Shown piece by piece: positions 1-8,093 of a stretch of 14,343 nucleotides of DNA. The stretch's first letter is position 1; each line of letters begins with the position of its first letter. A program made the position numbers and the translations under genes. The notes beneath the pieces were generated by a model. It had not been told where the DNA came from. It made no database searches and was given only the letters and a program-made list of their open reading frames with translations. The DNA is from a virus: the UHGV virus genome UHGV-1347164; one strand, 5' to 3'.

Positions 1-2
1 CA

Positions 3-1271
3 CGCCAGATCGGCGCGACCTTTTACTTTGCCCGTGAAGCCCTGATTGACGCCCTGCTTACCGGACGTAACCAGATTTTCCTTTCTGCCAGTAAGGCACA
101 GGCTCACGTCTTTAAGCAGTACATCATCGACTTCGCCAAAGAAGTCGAGGTGGAGCTGAAAGGTGATCCGATAGTGCTTCCTGACGGGGCCACGCTTTAC
201 TTCCTCGGCACCAATGCCCGCACGGCCCAGAGTTACCACGGCAACCTGTATCTGGATGAATATTTCTGGATCCCGAAATTCCAGGAGCTGCGCAAAGTGG
301 CTTCCGGTATGGCTATTCACAAGAAATGGCGGCAGACCTATTTTTCCACGCCATCCAGCCTGACACACAGTGCTTATCCGTTCTGGTCCGGTGCGCTGTT
401 CAACCGTGGGCGCAACAAAGCCGATAAGGTGGACATCGACCTGTCCCACAGCAATCTGGCCCCCGGCCTGCTGTGCGCAGACGGGCAATACCGCCAGATA
501 GTCACCGTGGAAGATGCGGTGCGCGGCGGCTGTAACCTGTTCGACCTCGACCAGCTACGCATGGAATACAGCCCGGACGAATATCAGAACCTGCTGATGT
601 GCGAGTTCGTGGACGATCTCGCGTCCGTGTTCCCGCTCAGCGAACTGCAGGCGTGCATGGTGGACAGCTGGGAAGTCTGGACCGACTTTCATGCACTGGC
701 CCTGCGCCCGTTTGGCTGGCGCGAGGTGTGGATCGGTTATGACCCGGCAAAAGGTACGCAGAACGGCGACAGCGCCGGATGCGTGGTGGTGGCACCGCCA
801 GCCGTGTCAGGCGGTAAGTTTCGCATTCTTGAGCGTCACCAGTGGCGCGGGATGGACTTCCGCGCCCAGGCTGATGCAATCAAAAAACTGACCGAGCAGT
901 ACAACGTGACCTATATCGGCATCGACTCGACGGGTGTCGGTCACGGGGTTTACGAGAACGTGAAAGCGTTTTTTCCAGCCGTCCGGGAGTTTGTCTACAA
1001 CCCCAACGTTAAAAACGCCCTGGTACTCAAGGCCTACGACATTATCAGCCACCGCCGTCTGGAGTTTGACGCCGGACACACCGACATTGCGCAGTCATTC
1101 ATGGCAATCCGTCGCGCCACCACCGCCAGCGGCAACCGCCCGACCTATGAAGCCAGCCGCAGCGAAGAAGCCAGCCACGCCGATCTGGCCTGGGCAACGA
1201 TGCACGCATTGTTTAACGAACCGCTGCAGGGCGAATCCGCCAATACCAGCAATATTGTGGAGATTTTTTGA
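3..1271 (+). CDS. P: Terminase large (ATPase) subunit, P2 gpP-like; 5-prime partial, open reading frame continues to the window edge
   Basis: Frame of ORF 150..1271 is open with no stop back to position 3 (translation begins RQIGATFYFAREAL...). Large-terminase-like protein immediately upstream of a portal gene, with its TGA overlapping the portal ATG (TGATG at 1269-1273). The product is recognised from family resemblance, not from a search. Confidence 0.8.
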   Translation, partial: RQIGATFYFAREALIDALLTGRNQIFLSASKAQAHVFKQYIIDFAKEVEVELKGDPIVLPDGATLYFLGTNARTAQSYHGNLYLDEYFWIPKFQELRKVASGMAIHKKWRQTYFSTPSSLTHSAYPFWSGALFNRGRNKADKVDIDLSHSNLAPGLLCADGQYRQIVTVEDAVRGGCNLFDLDQLRMEYSPDEYQNLLMCEFVDDLASVFPLSELQACMVDSWEVWTDFHALALRPFGWREVWIGYDPAKGTQNGDSAGCVVVAPPAVSGGKFRILERHQWRGMDFRAQADAIKKLTEQYNVTYIGIDSTGVGHGVYENVKAFFPAVREFVYNPNVKNALVLKAYDIISHRRLEFDAGHTDIAQSFMAIRRATTASGNRPTYEASRSEEASHADLAWATMHALFNEPLQGESANTSNIVEIF

Positions 1272-2317
1272 TGGGAAAGAGTAAGAAGAACCGCGCTGCG
1301 GCGACGAAACAGATCCAGCTTAAAAGTCAAACTACAGCCGAAGCATTCAGCTTCGGCGATCCCGTTCCTGTTCTGGACCGCCGAGAACTGCTGGACTATG
1401 TGGAATGCGTACAGACAGATCGCTGGTATGAGCCGCCAGTAAGCTTTGACGGACTGGCGCGCACCTTCCGCGCCGCCGTGCATCACAGTTCACCAATTGC
1501 GGTGAAATGCAACATTCTGACCAGTACCTACATCCCTCACCCGCTGCTCAGCCAGCAGGCTTTTTCACGTTTTGTGCAGGACTATCTGGTATTTGGTAAC
1601 GCCTACCTGGAGAAACGCACGAACCGCTTCGGTGAAGTTATCGCCCTTGAGCCTGCTCTGGCAAAATACACCCGACGCGGGTTAGACCTGGATACCTACT
1701 GGTTTGTGCAATACGGTATGACAACCCAGCCGTATCAGTTCACGAAAGGCAGCATTTTTCATCTGATGGAACCGGACATCAACCAGGAGATCTACGGCCT
1801 GCCAGGTTATCTTTCTGCCATTCCATCAGCCCTGCTCAACGAGTCCGCCACGCTGTTCCGCCGGAAGTATTATATTAACGGCAGTCATGCAGGCTTCATC
1901 ATGTACATGACCGATGCCGCGCAGAACCAGGAGGATGTGAACAACCTCCGCAATGCAATGAAAAGTGCCAAAGGGCCAGGCAACTTCCGCAACCTGTTTA
2001 TGTACTCTCCTAACGGCAAAAAGGACGGGCTTCAGATTATCCCGTTGTCAGAAGTCGCGGCGAAGGATGAGTTTCTGAATATCAAGAACGTGAGCCGGGA
2101 CGACATGATGGCGGCACACCGTGTGCCGCCGCAAATGATGGGGATAATGCCTAATAATGTTGGGGGCTTTGGTGATGTGGAGAAGGCTAGTCGTGTTTTT
2201 GTCCGCAACGAACTGATGCCCCTGCAGAAACAGCTACAAGAACTTAACTATTGGCTAGGCGAAGAAGCAATACGCTTTGATGCCTACTCCCTAAATTTCA
2301 CAAACGATTCTTTTTGA
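1271..2317 (+). CDS. Q: Portal protein, P2 gpQ-like
   Basis: About 348 aa from the ATG at 1271 (the track starts 3 nt earlier at a TTG). Size and position after the terminase gene match the P2-family P-Q operon. GC-rich like the rest of the backbone. Confidence 0.8.
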   Translation: MGKSKKNRAAATKQIQLKSQTTAEAFSFGDPVPVLDRRELLDYVECVQTDRWYEPPVSFDGLARTFRAAVHHSSPIAVKCNILTSTYIPHPLLSQQAFSRFVQDYLVFGNAYLEKRTNRFGEVIALEPALAKYTRRGLDLDTYWFVQYGMTTQPYQFTKGSIFHLMEPDINQEIYGLPGYLSAIPSALLNESATLFRRKYYINGSHAGFIMYMTDAAQNQEDVNNLRNAMKSAKGPGNFRNLFMYSPNGKKDGLQIIPLSEVAAKDEFLNIKNVSRDDMMAAHRVPPQMMGIMPNNVGGFGDVEKASRVFVRNELMPLQKQLQELNYWLGEEAIRFDAYSLNFTNDSF

Positions 2318-2322
2318 TAAAT

Positions 2323-2344
2323 ATGCTGGGCCCCCCCCCGGCAT
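2323..2344. terminator. Candidate bidirectional stem-loop (ATGCTGGG / CCCGGCAT arms) containing a C9 homopolymer, lying exactly between the stops of the convergent Q and GmrSD-like genes
   Basis: Read directly: 8-bp arms with one G-T wobble around a C-rich loop. Q stop is at 2315-2317 and the minus-strand stop at 2345-2347. Flanks are only moderately T-rich, so intrinsic terminator function is uncertain. Confidence 0.3.
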
Positions 2345-4099
2345 TTACTCACGCCCCAATTTCCATACTGAATTATACGATAAAATACTTAGTTCAGCAG
2401 CTCTTGACCTCATATGATCGGGCGTCCATTCTCCTTGATATTTATTTTCAAATTCATCAATAAAAATTTTAACTAGCGCATATTGTGATTGTTTATAAAT
2501 TTCAAGCTTATCCACAACAGACTTATTTCCAGCTTTTTCATTTAATTCTTTTGAAAGTGGTAATAAATTTCCTATCATGCTATATACTTCAGAATCCCCC
2601 ACACTCTGAGGCTGAATATGCTCTAATGTTAATGAATCAGGCATATACTCCCCCGTTTTCATGTGATGTAACTCAAGTCTATTAAAAATGTACTGAATCA
2701 ACCTTTTATTTTTCAACTCTTGATTTGAAAATTTAAGCATAACAAACTTTTCAACAAACATATTAATGTCTGGTTTTCTCTTCACCAACATTTCAAGCAA
2801 AGACTTTATTACTTGTCTATTACTAGCTTTAGTAGAACCTTCATCCACTAAAGCCCTAGCAGCTTTAGCATACGCACTTTCAATACCTGATGGTCGCAAT
2901 GAACAAATAGCATTAAACATAAAATGAAAGCGTTCAATTGACAGCACTGCATTATTCATATCAACAAGTTTTAGCGTTCCTCTTGCTCTTGCCTTAAATA
3001 AAGATAACAAAAATGGTTTATTCTGAGATATGTTAAACAGCCTTAATGCCTGCAAACCTCGATAAACTGGTTTCATTTCCAGTTCAGGAAAATCCTGTTC
3101 TGTAGGCGATGATATTTTCACATATATCTCGGCATCTGAAAGTAGCTCATCAATGAACGCTGAAGCATCAATGTCGCCTTTTTTCCACTTATCCAGAAAA
3201 GCTTTATAAAGAGTGTCACTACTTACATAAGAATATTTTGACACCCACCAATGACGGATAAATGTCTCGATAGAACCGACACCATTACGACTAGCAATTA
3301 TTTGCCTAATTTTATTCCATTTAGTTTTTGCATCATCATCAGGATGTGTGCCATTCAGTTTCTTAAATAATTTGTTTTTTATAAGATCTACATAACTTAA
3401 GTTTAATCCCCTAGCATTCAGAGTTTCAAAGATTGTATAAGCTTCATCTTCATCATTAACTGTAATATAAATCACTTTCAGATACCGTAGAACTTGATCC
3501 CGCACAGCCTTCAACGCTTCCAAGTAGATAAATTTCTCTCTATCTACTCCTAATGTCTGGCAAAGATTATCTTCTGAAAGATACTCAGTTAAATCATTAT
3601 ATGAAGATTGCAAGTTTCTTTCTTCAAGGGACTCCGGCCCTTCATTTCTCTTATCAATATGCTGAATGTTGTTTTGAAAGTATGGCTTAGGAGTTTCATT
3701 AACTAATTTAAAAAAAGGTCTGCCATCGTCATCCATACCAGATATATAATTATTATATATTGATTGAGCTACAGCCAACTCATTTATCAACTTAAATTTA
3801 TCACATAATGCTGATAACAATATAGTAAGAGTCGTAAGACGTTGTTGACCATCTACAATCATCAGCTCAGAGCTAGTTTCCTGCCCGACCAAAACGAGAG
3901 CACCGATGAAATACTCATCATATTGATACTGCCCATCCTCCTGGTAATGAATATTGGAAACTATATCATGCCAAAGTTCACTTACTTGTTCCTTCCCCCA
4001 AGAATATTCTCTTTGGAATCTAGGGACTATATATTTTTTATTTACAGATAACACGTTTGTTAAGGTTCGAGCATTTGCTTGCAGTTCCACTGAGGCCAC
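2345..4099 (-). CDS. GmrSD-family type IV (modification-dependent) restriction endonuclease-like protein: N-terminal DUF262 (ParB-like NTPase/nuclease fold) plus C-terminal DUF1524 (His-Me finger nuclease)
   Basis: N-terminal motifs FQREYSW and DGQQRLTT are the DUF262 hallmarks. C-terminal LEHIQPQS ... GNLLPLSKELNEKAGNKS matches the DUF1524 His-Me finger pattern. 584 aa, visibly AT-rich against the GC-rich phage genes. No early ATG: the start is probably GTG at 4099 or the GTG at 4090, which is preceded by AGGTGG. Confidence 0.7.
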   Translation of the reverse strand: MASVELQANARTLTNVLSVNKKYIVPRFQREYSWGKEQVSELWHDIVSNIHYQEDGQYQYDEYFIGALVLVGQETSSELMIVDGQQRLTTLTILLSALCDKFKLINELAVAQSIYNNYISGMDDDGRPFFKLVNETPKPYFQNNIQHIDKRNEGPESLEERNLQSSYNDLTEYLSEDNLCQTLGVDREKFIYLEALKAVRDQVLRYLKVIYITVNDEDEAYTIFETLNARGLNLSYVDLIKNKLFKKLNGTHPDDDAKTKWNKIRQIIASRNGVGSIETFIRHWWVSKYSYVSSDTLYKAFLDKWKKGDIDASAFIDELLSDAEIYVKISSPTEQDFPELEMKPVYRGLQALRLFNISQNKPFLLSLFKARARGTLKLVDMNNAVLSIERFHFMFNAICSLRPSGIESAYAKAARALVDEGSTKASNRQVIKSLLEMLVKRKPDINMFVEKFVMLKFSNQELKNKRLIQYIFNRLELHHMKTGEYMPDSLTLEHIQPQSVGDSEVYSMIGNLLPLSKELNEKAGNKSVVDKLEIYKQSQYALVKIFIDEFENKYQGEWTPDHMRSRAAELSILSYNSVWKLGRE

Positions 4100-4166
4100 C
4101 TACTTTAGTTGTTTGTATTACACAGTTTTATAGCATTGGAGTTTGAATGACAACCCGTTGCGCGCG

Positions 4167-4185
4167 CTCGTATCCCCGCCACGCC
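4167..4185 (-). other. cos-like cohesive-end motif (minus strand GGCGTGGCGGGGATACGAG)
   Basis: Minus-strand 19-mer matches the 186 cohesive end as I recall it (GGCGTGGCGGGGAAAGCAT) at 15 of 19 positions, and P2 (GGCGAGGCGGGGAAAGCAC) at 13 of 19. Orientation is the one expected for a P2-type left end reading toward Q. Exact ends and identity are unverified. Confidence 0.45.
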
Positions 4186-4564
4186 TGCCCGCTTTATGCA
4201 GTGGTTTTCATGCACATGCATGACATGAGCAAAAGCCCGCCAGTTCTGGCGGATCTGAGCAAAGACGATCCTCAATCGATCATGCGATTTCATGCAGCAT
4301 AGTCATGCACTGTCAAGGAAGTGAAAATCCGTATCTGAATGGCCACTTGAAAAACGGATCATACGGGTTTACAAAGATGAATGTTCGCTGTGAACGGGAA
4401 GCGGAAGTTAACTTTCAGATAACATAATCCATATGCACGAGAACCTCTAAAATAGAATGGGACACCTAAGCGGGGTACTTACAACGATTCTTTCCATATT
4501 CACAGTTAACACTCTGTTTGGCGTATTTTTATTCAAATAGCAAACACCAATAAAAGGAGTTTCC

Positions 4565-4900
4565 ATGAACAATATTCCCCCTATACCACAGTTAGGAATT
4601 TATGTCTCAAAAATCGATCCCACCCTACGTATCACTGTAACCGATGTTGATATTGTTGATGGTGAGGATGATTCTCCTGATGATGAATTGTTTTATTTAG
4701 TCCACTGGATCGAGGGGGAAGATGAAAGTGATATGACAGCAATGGGATTTGAGCTAGACCCAGTAGAGTGGCAGGCTTTCGTTGAATCTGAGCAATTAGT
4801 GTTTGAGCGTGATCCGTACATGGATTCAATCCCCGAAAATTCAAACTTGGCAAAGATTCGGGATTTTCTCATGAAGACTAAACAGAATGATCATTCGTAA
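4565..4900 (+). CDS. Hypothetical, highly acidic small protein (111 aa); function unknown
   Basis: Clean ATG with an AGGAG Shine-Dalgarno 6 nt upstream (aaaAGGAGtttccATG). About 26 Asp/Glu against 7 Lys/Arg by manual count. AT-rich; lies in the accessory region between the cos-like site and the end of gene A. Confidence 0.6.
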   Translation: MNNIPPIPQLGIYVSKIDPTLRITVTDVDIVDGEDDSPDDELFYLVHWIEGEDESDMTAMGFELDPVEWQAFVESEQLVFERDPYMDSIPENSNLAKIRDFLMKTKQNDHS

Positions 4901-5092
4901 GTGTAAGCATCCATCAGGAAAATGGTTTTGTAAGTGAATCATCAACTTTTAGAGAGTCTCAGACACTCCCACTTCTGCTTCTGACACAAAGCGGACGATC
5001 ACTTATCAAAATAACCGCCCACCTTACGCCTTATTTCACTCATTGCCCAAACTAGCCCCCATCAGAATGAATCCTCCTGGGGGCAACATTTC

Positions 5093-5326
5093 TTAATGCA
5101 GCCAGCTGTCGTCCTCCCACACCTTCTGCATAATTTTCATCACTTGTTTTCTTTCTTCATCCAGTTGCAGTCCGGTTAGTTCCACACCGTTAGAGCTACC
5201 TTTGCGAATGCGAATTACCGTTTTGGGATACAGGGGGCGCAGATTGCGGTAAAGCTCGGATTCAAGTGCGTCCAGGGTAGACTGGCTAATCTTCTGCTCT
5301 TTATCGATCATTATTTCAATGCGCAT
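5093..5326 (-). CDS. dinI: DinI-family protein (SOS-inducible RecA modulator homologue), about 77 aa from the internal ATG
   Basis: From Met25 of track ORF 5093..5398 the protein reads MRIEIMIDKEQ...DALESEL...KIMQKVWEDDSW, which aligns by eye with E. coli DinI (MRIEVTIAK...DALAGEL...ETWESADDW). A GAGGTG Shine-Dalgarno sits 6 nt upstream of this ATG and overlaps the stop of the preceding ORF. Confidence 0.7.
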   Translation of the reverse strand: MRIEIMIDKEQKISQSTLDALESELYRNLRPLYPKTVIRIRKGSSNGVELTGLQLDEERKQVMKIMQKVWEDDSWLH

Positions 5327-5336
5327 AAAAGTCACC

Positions 5337-5525
5337 TCAGCTGATGACATCCATTGAGCGGTTGTATTCGTGGCTTCTGATTTTTGCCATGAGTTCATCA
5401 GTCAATTCAGAAACCCACTGCAGAGCCAGCCCCTTCTCTTCATCACTACACTCACTAGCCGCTACAAGCTTAAGAAAAAAATCAATGCGCTGGAGCTTCA
5501 AAGACTCCAAAAAATAGTCCTGCAT
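5337..5525 (-). CDS. Hypothetical small protein (62 aa), first gene of a putative LexA-regulated operon; candidate Tum-like antirepressor component
   Basis: ATG at 5525-5523 is preceded by GGAGG (GGAGGaaaaATG). The track's longer 96-aa version starts at a TTG and would run through the LexA box and promoter, so the shorter form is preferred. Its TGA stop is embedded in the Shine-Dalgarno of the DinI-like gene, suggesting translational coupling. Confidence 0.5.
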   Translation of the reverse strand: MQDYFLESLKLQRIDFFLKLVAASECSDEEKGLALQWVSELTDELMAKIRSHEYNRSMDVIS

Positions 5526-5566
5526 TTTTCCTCCTATGACACCACAAGCAATACTGTATGCATAAC

Positions 5567-5586
5567 CACTGTTTATATTTACAGTA
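5567..5586 (-). promoter_or_regulatory. LexA (SOS) box overlapping a candidate promoter for the small-ORF / DinI-like operon
   Basis: Plus strand reads cACTGTttatatttACAGta, i.e. CTGT-N8-ACAG with an AT-rich spacer, a near-consensus match to TACTGTATATATATACAGTA. It lies about 45 bp upstream of the ATG at 5525. A candidate -35 TTTACA and -10 TACTGT on the minus strand overlap the box. Confidence 0.55.
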
Positions 5587-5678
5587 TATAATAATCTTAC
5601 TGATGTAAAACGTTTTTTTACGTTCATCGGCCTGATATGCCTGGTATTATTAAGAGCACGAATTGTTAACCCGCGTAA

Positions 5679-8093
5679 TTAATACAGGTTCCGCCACTTA
5701 TCATCTTCCTTCAGACGCTGGTTCCGATAGAAGATACGCAGGCCTGCTCCTGACGGAATACTGCCGCCGCGAAGGAGCAAATCGACTTCTTTCTCGCTGC
5801 CATCAAATCCCCTGGACTTCAGTTCATAGACGAGCTGCTGTCGCTGATGGTCTGTAATTCGCTGTTTGTAGTCTTTACGCCGTTTCGGTTTCACCTGGCG
5901 TAACCTTGCAGCCAGTTCCCGGCGCTCTTTTTTGCTCATACTGTGCAGGTAATCGTGCAACTCCTTGTCATCCATGCGGGTAATGTCCGTTCTGGTGTCC
6001 CCATCAGCTGATTTATCTTTCTCCTGTTGGTTCAAATTTTCAGCAAGGGGACAGTTATTGCCACGAGTCCAAGGGGCGCAAGCGCCCTGGTCGGCTGCCG
6101 CCTCCTGAACGTCAACGGCTTTACGAACCATTTTCCACTTCACTGCATGAGTGCAGATCTTGCCCTCTGCAATGGGTGACCAGATGCCATAAATACGAAT
6201 GCCGTGATCGCCATAGGCGGTCGGCTCTTCGTTGATTTCATAAGCGGTTCTGATGAGGTGATATTTACGGGGAACCAGTACGCCGCCCTGCTTCATGATG
6301 TAGGTGGCAAAACAACCAGCATCAGCAGCAGCCAGGATTGCATCAAGGCGCGGGTTATCCAGTACCGGCGCACCTGCTTTTTTGTCACCCTGTTGCCTTG
6401 CCGCCTGACCAGCCAGCAATCGCAGTTCACGGTAAGCCTGACGCCCCGGAATGCCAAAGAAGCGGAATTGCTGAACACGATGCAGAGACGCCCAGGCATT
6501 TACGTATTCAGCGTTATCACGCAGGGATTTACCCGTTTCCTTGCTGATCTCGCCAGCCAGACCACGCCCGTCAATGTTCTTACTGATGTATTTCGCGATA
6601 TAGCTTGTTGGCGTACCTTTGCGCGGGTTTATCAGCTCAGACTTAAAGCGTGGTCCCGTGTTATTGCCCAACTCCTCGCGGTCTTCACGGATGGCAAACT
6701 TACGCAGTAATGCAGTGATGGCGCGGCGGTCTTTTTTACGCATGAAACACATGAGATGCCAGTGCACAGTACCGTCATGATGCGGCTCAGCTACCCGCAC
6801 GCCATACCAGCGCAACCCGGCTTTATGCATAGCCTTACGAAATGCAGCAAACATGCCGACCAGATAATCGCTACTTTGTCTTACCGTCGCGTTTGTCCAG
6901 GTCGGGTTTGGTCTGCCGTTATTGAGCGTGGAATGGAAACGCGACGGACAGGTGATAGTGTAGAAAACGGCACAGTCACTGCGCATTTCCGCGATAAGCT
7001 CCAGACCTTTAACACAGGCCATCATCTCATTGCGGCGATGCGCAGGGTTGCTGCTGCTGGCGTTTACCACATCCTCCATGTCCAGCGTGTCGCCGTCTTC
7101 GTTCACCAGTTCATGAGAACGGAAAAACTCCAGCGACTTACGGCGCTGCTCACGTTTATGCAACACGGCTTCATAGCTGACATAGGGAGATGCTTTTTTG
7201 CTGACAAGGCAGACAGCACGCAACTGCTCTTCCCGCCATTCGCAACGCATCTTCCATAATTTCCGATACCACCAGTCGGCACACAACATACGCGCCAGCG
7301 AACCCGGGATGAGTTCATAGGGCACTGGTTTGCGGCGGTTTCTTTTCCGACGAAGTTTCTCAAACGCAGGCGGGATAACATCCAGACGCAGGGTTTCCGC
7401 TGCCACCTTTTCCCATGTCTTGCGGATTTCTTCTGGCTTAACGTCATCGGTGGCATACAAATCACCACAAGCGGCCTCAAGACACATGCTCATATGCGCT
7501 GCTACCAGGGTGGACAGGCGTTTTACCTGATCCTGACTCATTTCAGGCAGGATCAGCAGGCCCTCAAGCCCTTGATGGCTTGCCATAAAACGGAAAGAAG
7601 CGGATAGCTGACTGTCGCGTACATACTCCAGTCGCTCCAGACATGGCTTAATCGTCTCACGCAAATAGCGGGAATAAGCCTTTGGCCTGCCCAGGCTGCT
7701 GAAGTATTCGATACGTTGCATCAGCGGCTTGCTGATGTGGGTAGGCTGGGCGCTGACGTCCGACAGAATGACCATGTCCGGGTCAAAACGCTGCTGCTCA
7801 TGCGCCAGCTTTGCCCGGCTAATGAGCTTATCCTGCTCCATTTCGCGCTGGACAGGATCACGGGATTCATTAAAGAAATAACGTTCCCAGACCTGATCAC
7901 TCAGTGCCTCGCGGCGCTGCTGTTCCTGCTCGTTATCGGCAGCGTACAGAGTGATCATGTTTGAAAGTGCAGACTCCGGCGCAACTTCCTCCGGTTCCAG
8001 ATAAGGGTTAATGGCCTTTTTCGGGCCGTTCCATGAAAATGCTGCGGCAGCCTCGTTAAAGCCGCTAGAGTTGCTCATATCGTCATTACTCAT
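5679..8093 (-). CDS. A: Replication initiation endonuclease, P2 gpA-like rolling-circle (HUH) initiator
   Basis: 804 aa, ATG start at 8093-8091. Contains an HUH-type motif (TVHWHLMCF) and a tyrosine motif (YIAKYISK). Size and position downstream of the early operon match P2/186 gene A. GC-rich. Confidence 0.85.
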   Translation of the reverse strand: MSNDDMSNSSGFNEAAAAFSWNGPKKAINPYLEPEEVAPESALSNMITLYAADNEQEQQRREALSDQVWERYFFNESRDPVQREMEQDKLISRAKLAHEQQRFDPDMVILSDVSAQPTHISKPLMQRIEYFSSLGRPKAYSRYLRETIKPCLERLEYVRDSQLSASFRFMASHQGLEGLLILPEMSQDQVKRLSTLVAAHMSMCLEAACGDLYATDDVKPEEIRKTWEKVAAETLRLDVIPPAFEKLRRKRNRRKPVPYELIPGSLARMLCADWWYRKLWKMRCEWREEQLRAVCLVSKKASPYVSYEAVLHKREQRRKSLEFFRSHELVNEDGDTLDMEDVVNASSSNPAHRRNEMMACVKGLELIAEMRSDCAVFYTITCPSRFHSTLNNGRPNPTWTNATVRQSSDYLVGMFAAFRKAMHKAGLRWYGVRVAEPHHDGTVHWHLMCFMRKKDRRAITALLRKFAIREDREELGNNTGPRFKSELINPRKGTPTSYIAKYISKNIDGRGLAGEISKETGKSLRDNAEYVNAWASLHRVQQFRFFGIPGRQAYRELRLLAGQAARQQGDKKAGAPVLDNPRLDAILAAADAGCFATYIMKQGGVLVPRKYHLIRTAYEINEEPTAYGDHGIRIYGIWSPIAEGKICTHAVKWKMVRKAVDVQEAAADQGACAPWTRGNNCPLAENLNQQEKDKSADGDTRTDITRMDDKELHDYLHSMSKKERRELAARLRQVKPKRRKDYKQRITDHQRQQLVYELKSRGFDGSEKEVDLLLRGGSIPSGAGLRIFYRNQRLKEDDKWRNLY

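Noticed and set aside
374-1486. Multiple short ORFs on both strands overlapping the terminase and portal genes (374..562, 637..879, 691..891, 807..1079, 991..1284, 1145..1486)
   Set aside because: Overlap high-confidence structural genes in GC-rich DNA; products are Arg/Pro/Ala-rich, typical of off-frame translation.
4105-4293. 62-aa minus-strand ORF overlapping the cos-like motif
   Set aside because: Lies in the GC-rich cos and packaging region, has no ribosome-binding site and an implausible composition. More likely non-coding DNA containing the cohesive-end site.
5093-5525. Possibility that the small ORF and the DinI-like ORF are one frameshifted Tum-like gene (combined length about 143 codons, overlapping frames between 5337 and 5398)
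   Set aside because: The DinI-like frame has its own ATG at 5326 with a GAGGTG Shine-Dalgarno 6 nt upstream, and the upstream ORF's TGA sits inside that Shine-Dalgarno. This is a classic coupled two-gene arrangement, so two genuine genes are more likely than a pseudogene. A sequencing error cannot be excluded without reads.
5600-5625. AAAACGTTTT palindrome downstream of the gene A stop as an intrinsic terminator
   Set aside because: The stem is short and entirely A/T, so predicted stability is low. It also lies within the promoter and LexA-box region of the downstream operon, so I did not call it a terminator.
6204-7530. Several ORFs of 66-168 aa on the + strand inside gene A (6204..6710, 6338..6547, 6756..7259, 7330..7530) and one on the - strand (7103..7480)
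   Set aside because: They are entirely embedded in or antisense to the long, well-supported replication gene A in a GC-rich region, where spurious open frames are common. No start signals or recognisable motifs.
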